This document shows positions 18,329 through 26,468 of a stretch of DNA of 64,000 nt, piece after piece. The first letter of the stretch is position 1; every line of letters starts with the position of its first letter. The notes under the pieces were generated by a model. The model saw nothing but the letters and a program-made list of their open reading frames with translations. It made no database searches and was not told the origin of the DNA. The stretch is from NCBI GenBank assembly GCA_965197415.1, contig OZ240207.1:2709853-2773852 (forward strand), written 5' to 3'. Made by a program: the position numbers and the translations under genes. Source of the DNA: Dehalococcoidia bacterium. Lineage in GTDB: Bacteria; Chloroflexota; Dehalococcoidia; Lucifugimonadales; JAGWBF01.

Positions 18329-19471
18329 ATGAAAATCGGTCTGGCATCCCCTTACGACATCACATGGCCGGGTGGAGTCACCGTCCATATATCCAGGCTT
18401 GCCGACCGGCTGGAGGCCGAGGGCCACGAAGTAAAAATCCTGGCCCCGCACTCTCCCTCCAGGGAACTGCCTGTTGGGTGCGAAGTGATTCCACTGGGAA
18501 GGTCCGTTCCCGTGCCCGCCGGAGGCTCCGTAGCCCGGCTCTCCCTTTCCCTGTGGTTGGACCACAAGGTGAAAGACGTCTTGAGCCGAGAGGCTTTCGA
18601 CCTGGTGCATATACACGAACCGCTCATGCCCGTACTGTCCCTCACTGTGCTGAGGCACTCCAACGCCGTCAACATAGGGACGTTTCACGCGGTGCACGGC
18701 AAGTTCCGCAACTACGGCTGGTCCTATCCTATACTGAGGCGCTGGTTCAAGCGTTTGGACGGTTGTATCGCCGTCTCCCCTGCCGCCAGGGAGTACGTCG
18801 AGAGGTTCTTCCGGGCCGACTACGAAATCATCCCCAACGGAATAGACGTGGAGAACTTTTCCACTCCTAAGGAACCCATACCAAGTCTGAACGACGGGAA
18901 GACCAACATCCTCTTCGTCGGCCGCATGGAGAAGCGCAAGGGGTTCAGATACCTGTTGGAGGCCTACGGGAAGCTCAAGTGGGAAAATCCGAACATCAGG
19001 CTGGTGGTTGTGGGGCCGGGCAGCCCGGATAGGGACTGCTACCGCATAATGAGCGAACGGAACTTGCAGGACGTGGTTTTCGCAGGCACAGTCTCGTACG
19101 AAGACTTGCCCCGCTACTACCAGAGCGCCCATATCTGCTGCGCCCCGGCCACGGGCAGGGAGAGCTTCGGCATAGTCCTCCTGGAGGCCATGGCCTCAGG
19201 CAAACCCGTGGTCGCTACCAACATTAAGGGCTACGCTGCAGTGGTTGAGCATGGTCGTCAAGGGCTTCTGGCGCCTCCCAAGGACTCAGGCAAACTGGCC
19301 GAGGCTTTGGGATTCCTCATCAACGACCCCAAGCTCAGGGAACAGATGGGAGCCTCCGGACGGGAGAAAGCGGTCCAATACTCGTGGGACCTGGTGTCCA
19401 GGCAGATCATGGGATACTACGACCAGGTGATGGAAAGGGCCTATGGCCTTTCCAGGCCGAGAGCAATTTAG
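18329..19471 (+). CDS. GT4-family glycosyltransferase (PimA/MshA-like)
   Basis: The motifs GRMEKRKGF and ESFGIVLLEAMASGKPVVAT indicate a GT-B fold enzyme with the EX7E motif. Confidence 0.85.
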   Translation: MKIGLASPYDITWPGGVTVHISRLADRLEAEGHEVKILAPHSPSRELPVGCEVIPLGRSVPVPAGGSVARLSLSLWLDHKVKDVLSREAFDLVHIHEPLMPVLSLTVLRHSNAVNIGTFHAVHGKFRNYGWSYPILRRWFKRLDGCIAVSPAAREYVERFFRADYEIIPNGIDVENFSTPKEPIPSLNDGKTNILFVGRMEKRKGFRYLLEAYGKLKWENPNIRLVVVGPGSPDRDCYRIMSERNLQDVVFAGTVSYEDLPRYYQSAHICCAPATGRESFGIVLLEAMASGKPVVATNIKGYAAVVEHGRQGLLAPPKDSGKLAEALGFLINDPKLREQMGASGREKAVQYSWDLVSRQIMGYYDQVMERAYGLSRPRAI

Positions 19472-20096
19472 GTCCGCAGTTCTCCGTTACGTGGAGACCC
19501 CCGGAGCCAGAGCGCTGGACCGGCTGGGTCTCACCCCCAACACCATCACGCTGAGTGGGTTTCTCGTTGCCCTTGGAGCGGCGGCATTGGTGGGAGCAGG
19601 GTTTCTGTGGATTGGGGGGCTGGTCTTCCTGGCGGGGGCGCTACTGGACCTTATGGACGGAGCCCTGGCCCGTTACACGCAGAAAGAGTCCCGATTCGGC
19701 GCCCTCCTGGACTCGGTTTTCGACCGGCTGGGTGAGGCGGCCCTCTTCGTGGGTATCGCCGTCTACGGTCTGCTGGAGGACCTGGGAGAGGGCCGTACCC
19801 TCTTCCTCATGACAGCGGTGATGTCAGCCCTCATAACCTCCCAGATGGTCAGTTATCTCCGCGCCCGGGGCGAGGGACTGGGCATTTTCACCAAAGCTGG
19901 GCTGATGACCCGCCCCGAGCGGGTGGTCCTCTATTCCCTGGGGCTGATTCTCGGCCTGAGGGGCCTGGAGGTCATACTCATCATCGTGGCCGCGGTGTCC
20001 TTCCTGACTCTTCTGCAGCGCCTCTATGTCGTGGGGCGCGGCCTGTCAGTCGAGGACTCCGATGGCAATCCCGTCGGCAACGACGCTCCTAACTAA
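19443..20096 (+). CDS. CDP-alcohol phosphatidyltransferase (phosphatidylinositol-phosphate synthase-like)
   Basis: The complete motif DGALAR-x8-G-x3-D-x3-D is seen as DGALARYTQKESRFGALLDSVFD. The protein is multi-TM. The exact start is uncertain, and the gene overlaps the GT4 gene. Confidence 0.85.
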   Translation: MAFPGREQFRSAVLRYVETPGARALDRLGLTPNTITLSGFLVALGAAALVGAGFLWIGGLVFLAGALLDLMDGALARYTQKESRFGALLDSVFDRLGEAALFVGIAVYGLLEDLGEGRTLFLMTAVMSALITSQMVSYLRARGEGLGIFTKAGLMTRPERVVLYSLGLILGLRGLEVILIIVAAVSFLTLLQRLYVVGRGLSVEDSDGNPVGNDAPN

Positions 20097-20120
20097 ACAG
20101 CCTAGGCCGGAAAGTTAGGA

Positions 20121-21104
20121 CTAGTTGGGAAGAACCGCCACCGAGCGGATCTCTCCAAATTCCTTCTTCAGTTTACGCCAGGAGTCTCCCCCGTCCTCAC
20201 TCACGTACACGTATCCGAAGAGGCTGACGGCCACAATAACGTCGGGGACCTCGGCGTGGCTGCCCAGCCAGTAAATGACCGAGTTGGGTTCCACCGGCAG
20301 CGGAGCCGCTTCCCAACTTTGACCGCCGTCTTTGCTCCGCTGGACTGCACCGGTCACGCCGGGGATGAAGTCGCCGTTGCCTACGAACATCACGTCAGGG
20401 TTGTCCCGCTTGACAAGTACGCCGCGGCAGTAGGAGCGGGCGTCGGCTTCGTTGAACTTGGGGAAGTAGTGGTAGTCCCAACTCTCGCCCTCGTCCTTGC
20501 TGGTGGCGATGCCAAAGGGGCTGGTGGCGTAAACTGCGGATTCCGGACCGGCCCTCAGGGCCATGCCGTGAACGTCTCCGTGAAAGGGATCGGGTCCCAG
20601 ATCGGGCAAGTGCAACCAGGAATCGCCGTGGTCCAAGCTCTTGTATACCCCGTCCACTTCAATCCCGGCCCAGACAGTGCGGTTGTCTCGCGGGTCGACG
20701 ATAATGTTGGTGGTGCGTGGGGTCCCGATGGGGCAGTCCATGTTGACGCCCATGTTCATCTTGGTCCACGTCTTCCCGTCGTCCGTAGACCTGAATCCCT
20801 CGGGCCTGGTGCCGGCGAAAATAGTGTTGGGGTCTACGGGGTCTACGGCCACCGACCATATCTGAAGGCTGTCCATGGGCGATTCCAGTTTGTCCCAGGT
20901 GACGCCGTTGTCCTCGCTCCGGAAGATGCCCACGTCAGAGCCGGCCAGGGCACGATGGGGGTTGTCTGGGTAGACTCCTATAGTCCTTACTATGCCTTCC
21001 GTCGGAATGGGCTGCCTGATTTTGGCCCAGGTCTCTCCACAATCGGAACTGACTCCGAGTCCCTGGCCCACGGTCCCAATGAGTATGGAATAGTCTCTTG
21101 CCAT
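20121..21104 (-). CDS. BNR/Asp-box repeat beta-propeller protein (sialidase/Ycf48-like fold)
   Basis: Seven SxDxGxTW-type Asp-boxes are present: SSDCGETW, SEDNGVTW, STDDGKTW, SLDHGDSW, SKDEGESW, SKDGGQSW and SEDGGDSW. The ATG at 21104 has a GGGAGG RBS, although the ORF extends to 21257. Confidence 0.8.
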   Translation of the reverse strand: MARDYSILIGTVGQGLGVSSDCGETWAKIRQPIPTEGIVRTIGVYPDNPHRALAGSDVGIFRSEDNGVTWDKLESPMDSLQIWSVAVDPVDPNTIFAGTRPEGFRSTDDGKTWTKMNMGVNMDCPIGTPRTTNIIVDPRDNRTVWAGIEVDGVYKSLDHGDSWLHLPDLGPDPFHGDVHGMALRAGPESAVYATSPFGIATSKDEGESWDYHYFPKFNEADARSYCRGVLVKRDNPDVMFVGNGDFIPGVTGAVQRSKDGGQSWEAAPLPVEPNSVIYWLGSHAEVPDVIVAVSLFGYVYVSEDGGDSWRKLKKEFGEIRSVAVLPN

Positions 21105-21384
21105 GACTGAACCTCCCTGGACTAAAGATGCGCGGCGAATGGTAGAAGCAGGGACATCATAGACCAAGCAGGCATAATTTGCCACCGGCTCCGGCTCGAA
21201 CCGTTGCCACTGACGGGCAGCCATGAGGAAGATGACCCTCTGGACAAGGTCAACCACAAGCGACTTGCCCTTTGAACGTCTAGTCCACCAAAACAGGCGC
21301 CATCGCTCGGATTAAGTTGGACAAGACGACGGGAAGTTGATATGGTAGAAACGGCTATTGTACTTCTACCCTCAAGGAGACCAA

Positions 21385-21642
21385 GTGAGCCTCAACATCA
21401 AGAACGAAGAGACGTGCCGGCTGGCCAGCGAGTTGGCTCAACTTACCGGCGAGACTATGACAGGCGCTATCACGGTCGCGCTCAAGGAGCGTCTGGAGCG
21501 CGAGAAACGTGAGCGCAGCGTCGAGACTCGTCTCCAAAAGATGCGGGCCATCTCAGAGCGAGTCGCCAAGTCGTTACGGGACGGCCCGTCTGCTGTCGAG
21601 CATGGTGACTTCCTCTATGACGAGCGTGGTCTTCCCAAGTGA
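21385..21642 (+). CDS. vapB: type II antitoxin VapB (Rv0623/PSK-like family)
   Basis: SLNIKNEETCRLASELAQLTGETMTGAITVALKERLERE is typical of this antitoxin family. The GTG at 21385 follows AAGGAGA. The stop overlaps the vapC start (GTGA). Confidence 0.85.
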   Translation: MSLNIKNEETCRLASELAQLTGETMTGAITVALKERLEREKRERSVETRLQKMRAISERVAKSLRDGPSAVEHGDFLYDERGLPK

Positions 21643-22025
21643 TTGTCGACACGTCAGCCGTCCTGGCAGTCCTGTTTAGAGAGTCGGACGCCGAGCGTTA
21701 TGACACAGCGATAGCAGAAGCTTCACGTTGCGGTATGTCGATGGCGAACCTCCTGGAGACCGCCATCGTCGTCGAAAGCCGCAGCGGCGGCGCGGCCGGA
21801 AATGAGCTTGATGCCTTCCTGGATGAAGCGGGGATTGAGTTGGAGCCAGTCACACTTGACCATGTGCGGGCTGCTCGCCGAGCTTGGAGGCGGTTTGGCA
21901 AGGGCAACCACCCGGCGGGGCTGAACTTCGGCGATTGCTTTGCCTACGCCCTGGCGGAAGTTTCCGGCGAGCCGCTTCTGTTCAAAGGCGGCGACTTCGA
22001 GCTTACCGACATCGAGGCCGCCTAA
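21639..22025 (+). CDS. vapC: PIN-domain toxin VapC
   Basis: The motifs IVDTSAVLAV, FGDCFAYALA and LLFKGGDF supply the PIN acidic residues. The gene is 128 aa and coupled to vapB. Confidence 0.9.
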   Translation: MIVDTSAVLAVLFRESDAERYDTAIAEASRCGMSMANLLETAIVVESRSGGAAGNELDAFLDEAGIELEPVTLDHVRAARRAWRRFGKGNHPAGLNFGDCFAYALAEVSGEPLLFKGGDFELTDIEAA

Positions 22026-22145
22026 CAAGATGCACAATGAGGCCAAACCCGACGTGGACGGGAAGTCCAAATCGACGGTTTTTGTAGTCGCCGGTCCTCC
22101 AGATTCTCCTTCAAACTGAAACTCTCTGCCTACAAATGGGCTTGG

Positions 22146-22174
22146 TTGACACGTTTTCACGGCTATGCTATATT
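22146..22174 (+). promoter_or_regulatory. sigma-70-like promoter for infC-rpmI-rplT
   Basis: TTGACA (22146-22151), a 17-nt spacer and TATATT (22169-22174). Confidence 0.6.
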
Positions 22175-22227
22175 TTTGACCGCGGAATCTTGCGTTCCGC
22201 CGTTATTCTTTTTGGAGGATAGAGCGA

Positions 22228-22800
22228 ATAGCCCGCGACTATAGAGTAAACGAAAGAATCCGAGCGCCGGAAGTCATGGTGATCGCCGATGACGGCGAGC
22301 AAGTCGGGGTAATGACCGTCCCTCAAGCCCTGACTCTGGCAAGAGGGCGTGGGTTGGACCTGGTGGAAGTGCAGCCCAACGGAGACCCCCCTGTGTGCCG
22401 GATTCTGGACTACGGGAGGCTCCGATACCTCTCCTCCAAAAAAGAACGGGAAGCCAAGAAAGCCCACAAAAATACGCCCTTCAAAGAAGTCAGGTTCAGG
22501 ACCCGGATCGGGAACCATGACTTCCAATCGAAGCTGCGCAAGGTCAAGGAGTTCATCGACGATGGCTCGAAGGTGAAAGTGGCCGTCGTCTTTCGCGGCA
22601 GGGAAGTCACTCACCGGGACCTGGGAGTGGCCCTGCTGAAAAGGGTGGCCGACGACGTGGAGGAGGTGGCCAGGGTTGAAGGGCCGCCATCTCTCGAAGG
22701 AAGGTTTCTGTCCGTAGTCCTGGCCCCGGGGGCCAAAAAAATCAAGAAAGAGACGACCAACGGGACTGATGCCCAAGCAGAAAACACACAAGGGAGCTAG
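22228..22800 (+). CDS. infC: translation initiation factor IF-3, probably with a non-canonical ATA start
   Basis: Conserved IF-3 sequence (RVNERIRAPEVMVIADDGEQ...) begins upstream of the first ATG at 22276. An in-frame ATA at 22228 lies 9 nt after GGAGG (22214-22218). Confidence 0.9.
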   Translation: MARDYRVNERIRAPEVMVIADDGEQVGVMTVPQALTLARGRGLDLVEVQPNGDPPVCRILDYGRLRYLSSKKEREAKKAHKNTPFKEVRFRTRIGNHDFQSKLRKVKEFIDDGSKVKVAVVFRGREVTHRDLGVALLKRVADDVEEVARVEGPPSLEGRFLSVVLAPGAKKIKKETTNGTDAQAENTQGS

Positions 22801-22969
22801 CGCCCGCTTCTACGTAACCGGCTCCGGTAAGCTGATGCGCCGGAAGCGGATGAGCAGCCACCTTCGCAGAAAGAAACCTAAGAAAGTCCGCCGACAGTTC
22901 GCAGGAAAGCTGCCCCTGGACAAGGTCGACGCCCCTCGAATCCAGAAGCTTCTGCCCTACAGCGGCTAG
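22769..22969 (+). CDS. rpmI: 50S ribosomal protein L35
   Basis: The sequence MPKQKTHKGASARFYVTGSGKLMRRK matches L35. The gene overlaps the infC 3' end by 32 nt. Confidence 0.95.
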   Translation: MPKQKTHKGASARFYVTGSGKLMRRKRMSSHLRRKKPKKVRRQFAGKLPLDKVDAPRIQKLLPYSG

Positions 22970-22990
22970 ACGCGCCCGCAGGAGTACACC

Positions 22991-23344
22991 GTGGCAAGAG
23001 TCAAACGCGGAGTCACCAAACGACGCCGCCACAAGAAAATCCTGGCCCTGGCCCGCGGCTACCGCGGCTCCTCTAGCCGCAACTACAAATGGGCCAAAGA
23101 AGCCGTCATACACGCATGGAGCCACGCCTACCGTCACCGCAGAGAACGGAAGGGCGACTTCCGGCGGCTCTGGATTCTTAGAATAAACGCCGCCGCACGA
23201 CAAGCCGGAATCACCTATCACCAGTTCATGCACGGACTGCGTGTAGCCAACATGGAGATCAACCGGAAGATGTTGGCCGATCTGGCCGTCAGGGATCCCA
23301 AGGCTTTCGACGACTTGGTTGTAGTTGCCAAGGCCAATATCTAG
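22991..23344 (+). CDS. rplT: 50S ribosomal protein L20
   Basis: The sequence [25 protein letters not shown] matches L20. The start is GTG. Confidence 0.95.
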   Translation: MARVKRGVTKRRRHKKILALARGYRGSSSRNYKWAKEAVIHAWSHAYRHRRERKGDFRRLWILRINAAARQAGITYHQFMHGLRVANMEINRKMLADLAVRDPKAFDDLVVVAKANI

Positions 23345-23370
23345 CCGAGCTCAATATCGCCAATGCTTAA

Positions 23371-23397
23371 AGGCCCCCTACACAAGGGGGCTTTTTC
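23371..23397 (+). terminator. rho-independent terminator after rplT (possibly bidirectional, also serving sco)
   Basis: The stem gccccct-acaca-agggggc is followed by ttttt (23392-23396). Confidence 0.8.
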
Positions 23398-24117
23398 TTA
23401 CGACGCCTCTTCCATCAGGATGCGCAGGTCGTTGACCACGTCGGCTGGGTCGAGGAAGAGGTTGTTAAACAACACACGCCTGACGCCCCAAGCGTCTATC
23501 AGGAAAATGGGCGCGGTATGGCCCACCAGATAACCTGAGTCCGACGCGTCCACCGTCTTCTCGTCCAGCGTATGTTGGTACCCTTCTGGGTGCTCATGAG
23601 GGCCGTACCGGTAGACTGTATCCCCGTCCGTGTTCTTGCCTGGGTCGGAGTCGACCTCCGTAACCACCGGAGCCAGCCAGTACTGGCTCCAGATGGGGCT
23701 CAGCTCCTCCTCGGCGCCTATCAAGTATTGCCACCGCCCTTCCATGCCCATGTATCGGGTGTATTCTCGCACTTGCTCCATGGTGTCACCCCTGGGGTCT
23801 ACCGATATGGTCAGGAAGTTGACCCTATCGACCTCTTCGGGAGCGAGCATCATATGGGCCTGCTGGAGGTTGGCCGTGACCAGGGGACAAACGTCAGGGC
23901 AGTTGGTATAGAGGAATGTCAGCAGGACCACCTCGCCCCGGAAGTCCAATAGAGACACGGACTCTCCGGTGTGGTCTATCAGCGTGAACTCTGGCGCCTG
24001 TTCCGGGTTGAGTTCTGTTCCCAGGAACGCTGATGAGGAAGCGCCGGAGCAGGCTCCTGCAGCCAAGAAAACCAGAGCCGTAAGCGCTACGGCTCTAAAT
24101 AAGGCGCCGAAATCCAT
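23398..24117 (-). CDS. SCO1/SenC-family copper chaperone (thioredoxin fold), lipoprotein-like N-terminus
   Basis: The CxxxC motif appears in LLTFLYTNCPDVCPLV. The protein has a signal/lipobox-like LAAGAC and lies next to the cytochrome oxidase cluster. Confidence 0.85.
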   Translation of the reverse strand: MDFGALFRAVALTALVFLAAGACSGASSSAFLGTELNPEQAPEFTLIDHTGESVSLLDFRGEVVLLTFLYTNCPDVCPLVTANLQQAHMMLAPEEVDRVNFLTISVDPRGDTMEQVREYTRYMGMEGRWQYLIGAEEELSPIWSQYWLAPVVTEVDSDPGKNTDGDTVYRYGPHEHPEGYQHTLDEKTVDASDSGYLVGHTAPIFLIDAWGVRRVLFNNLFLDPADVVNDLRILMEEAS

Positions 24118-24127
24118 GGTGGTTAGG

Positions 24128-24589
24128 CTAGCGTCTGGAAACCGCCAAAAGGGCCGCCACGGACGGGATTCCCAGGACGAGGCCCATTCCTATGATGATG
24201 GCTCCCCAGACCCCGGCTCCTGTCTCATTCAACACTATGAATATGATCCCTATGCCGCCTCCCCACCCGATTATGACTAAAGCGGCCAATATGGGTAGGA
24301 CCATTGCTAGAGACGGCCGTTTTAGAGCGGGCGACAGGAGGTCGGCGATTTCCGACATCTGTCTTTGCACAGCTTCGAACGGGGGAAGGAGTATATCCAG
24401 AATTGGTCGGTGGATCGCCGCCAGCAATGGGATTCCCACAACCAGGGCCATGCCGACAATGATGGCTCCCCAGACCCCGGCTCCGGTCTCATTCAAGACT
24501 ATGAATATGACCCCTATGCCGCCTCCCCATATGATTACGACTATAGCTGCCAACAGAGGCAGGGCCATTGCCAACGGCGTTCGTTGCAT
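24128..24589 (-). CDS. membrane protein consisting of an internal tandem duplication (function unknown)
   Basis: Two units of about 55 aa are nearly identical: IIWGGGIGVIFIVLNETGAGVWGAIIVGMALVVGIP and IGWGGGIGIIFIVLNETGAGVWGAIIIGMGLVLGIP. The DNA period is about 267 bp. Confidence 0.6.
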   Translation of the reverse strand: MQRTPLAMALPLLAAIVVIIWGGGIGVIFIVLNETGAGVWGAIIVGMALVVGIPLLAAIHRPILDILLPPFEAVQRQMSEIADLLSPALKRPSLAMVLPILAALVIIGWGGGIGIIFIVLNETGAGVWGAIIIGMGLVLGIPSVAALLAVSRR

Positions 24590-24716
24590 TGCTCTCTTCT
24601 ACACTCCCCTACGGGTTTCTAAGCTATGAATTCGGCGTCCAAAAGATACCACATACGGCATTATGTTTCCACAGCGCCAGCTAGGAAACAGCGCCTGTGT
24701 TCATGGCCCCCCACCG

Positions 24717-24766
24717 GTGACGGTGGGGCGGTTGGAGGCGTTCTCCTGGTTGGCCCATATCAGGAA
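24717..24766. repeat. left copy of an exact 50-nt direct repeat (relic of the ctaG 3' end)
   Basis: The sequence gtgacggtggggcggttggaggcgttctcctggttggcccatatcaggaa is identical to 26485-26534. On the minus strand it would read ...FLIWANQENASNRPTVTGGGP*. Confidence 0.9.
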
Positions 24767-24810
24767 GACGACGGAGGAACTAGTCTGCGGGAGTACGTCA
24801 TAGATGTCGA

Positions 24811-26256
24811 TCATCGTCCCGCAGAAGCCTGAGGCTGTAGCAGATTCAAGACAAGGGCAGACGCGTAGTCCTTACTATTCTCTCTTTTGACTTTGATATT
24901 TACCTGAACAAGCTTTTTGCACGGTGTGGTGAGGTTTTCGGCGTGAACGACACACGCAATTGCTCCCGAAACCTCATCCCCACGACCGTCAACACAAATT
25001 TCAACATCAAAAAAATGGTCGCCCGTTCCATGCCGCCACTGTTCGCATTCCAGGCTATACGACTCGACCGGCCCAGTCGGTCGAGTCGGTTTGTAGTAGA
25101 AGCCGTTAGGGTCGCGCCGATGGGTTGTAGGCGGAACAATATCAGCTGAACGAGGAGTCAGAATAGGGGAACGGGATATACCTTCGTTGAAACCTATGAG
25201 ACTCGACTTCTGTCTCCCACGTGGTCTGAGTGGAGGCCTAGGAAGGAGTAAATTACCTTCCTGGTCGTCCTCTGACTGGGGGTAAACCCTGAATCCTCCT
25301 TTCCCCGAGATGTCCACCAACGTGCCGCTTCCTGGGCGAGTTCCTTCGTTAGCAATTGCAAACCGGAGGAAGGGTCTACTTGACTGTTGCAAAGCTAGAT
25401 GCAAACCTGACAACTTCGCTTGGCAATCTCTTCTCCAATCCACTAAGTGACGATTGTATTCATCAATATCCCCGCGGGATGGAGGTACACGCTCTTCTTT
25501 TCTCCAGGGTGGTTGATTGTTGTGCTTGACATGAAGTTTTGCTGCGTCCACTTCATCGATCGGTGGGAACCCATCCCTTAACTTTCGAAGGAGTTCTCTG
25601 ACTTCATCATCGGTCAATGGGCTATAAACTCCGCACTCGACCTCGATCGATTCTATTTCCTTACCTTGTTCGTCGATACACCTGATCTGGAATAGAGGGT
25701 CAGCTTTCTTAAGCCGCTCAAGCTCGTTTTGAAGGCGCGCAACCTCTCGTTCTTTCGTGGTGCTTTCAGGTGGTAGCAGCCATTCATCTTTGACAGGAGT
25801 AAACGAGAGACTGATGCTCTTCGCCGTCATCATAAGGCCAGTATCATGGGTGAGTAGCTGTACAGACGAACTCTCTTGTTCTTCTCTATATCTGTAACAG
25901 CATCCCGCGATTTCATCATCTAGCTTGCTGTAATCAAGACGGTCCTTCAAATCTTGACTGGGCAGATTAGTCGGATCAATGTAGAGTCGTACGTGCGGCG
26001 CTGATTCTCGAACAAGATGATATCCCTCGTTACTGGAAACGATACTCTGAAAAATAGAATTAGCCTTACGTGCGCGTCGCCCTACTCGGTCGTTTCCCCT
26101 GGATTTCTGATTGTCTATCTCCCTTTGAACTGGACGACATACGATTAAATGGATTTCCTCGAAATCTCCGCAATCTGACCAATCAATTTCCTCTAACGGT
26201 CGGCATTGAATAAACAAGTTAGTATCAGGGAATAGGTAAAGGACGCGATTGGTCAT
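24811..26256 (-). CDS. PIN-like (DUF4935-type) nuclease-domain protein with a coiled-coil and a large uncharacterised C-terminal region
   Basis: The N-terminus shows LFPDTNLFIQC...VCRPVQREIDN...DDEIAGCC...LLTHDTGLMMTAK, which is the PIN acidic-residue pattern. A coiled coil (KEREVARLQNELERLKK) follows. I recognise no motif in the C-terminal 250 aa. The ATG has a GAGGTGG RBS. Confidence 0.6.
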   Translation of the reverse strand: MTNRVLYLFPDTNLFIQCRPLEEIDWSDCGDFEEIHLIVCRPVQREIDNQKSRGNDRVGRRARKANSIFQSIVSSNEGYHLVRESAPHVRLYIDPTNLPSQDLKDRLDYSKLDDEIAGCCYRYREEQESSSVQLLTHDTGLMMTAKSISLSFTPVKDEWLLPPESTTKEREVARLQNELERLKKADPLFQIRCIDEQGKEIESIEVECGVYSPLTDDEVRELLRKLRDGFPPIDEVDAAKLHVKHNNQPPWRKEERVPPSRGDIDEYNRHLVDWRRDCQAKLSGLHLALQQSSRPFLRFAIANEGTRPGSGTLVDISGKGGFRVYPQSEDDQEGNLLLPRPPLRPRGRQKSSLIGFNEGISRSPILTPRSADIVPPTTHRRDPNGFYYKPTRPTGPVESYSLECEQWRHGTGDHFFDVEICVDGRGDEVSGAIACVVHAENLTTPCKKLVQVNIKVKRENSKDYASALVLNLLQPQASAGR

Positions 26257-26468
26257 TCTTCCACCTCTTGAGCATGTTGCCGGACATCAACCTCACCCCC
26301 ACGCCAACTACGGCAGCCAAGCGTCTTGATGGACGGAGTGTGTGCGGGATTCTTCCACACGGTACCGGCGCCTATCCAACAACTTAGAGGGTCACTCGTT
26401 GACCTGGCCTACTCTCCATTCTACCAGTTACAACTTGGGACGATAGCCCATCACTAGTGGACAGTGGA

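Noticed and set aside
17543-19132. Two long antisense ORFs (17543-18301 and 18311-19132) over ino1 and the GT4 gene
   Set aside because: The sense strand encodes well-recognised enzymes, so the antisense ORFs are shadow ORFs.
21105-21257. A 51-aa N-terminal extension of the BNR-repeat ORF
   Set aside because: The ATG at 21104 has a GGGAGG RBS and the propeller repeats begin right after it. The extension has no signal-peptide character.
24128-24600. Repeated DNA with a period of about 267 bp that could be mistaken for a repeat array or CRISPR
   Set aside because: There are only two units. They are in-frame within one ORF and encode hydrophobic helices, and there is no spacer/repeat architecture. 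This is an intragenic duplication.
24626-24832. A 68-aa plus-strand ORF covering the left direct repeat
   Set aside because: It is the wrong strand relative to the ctaG-derived relic, has no RBS, and exists only because the duplicated segment lacks stops.
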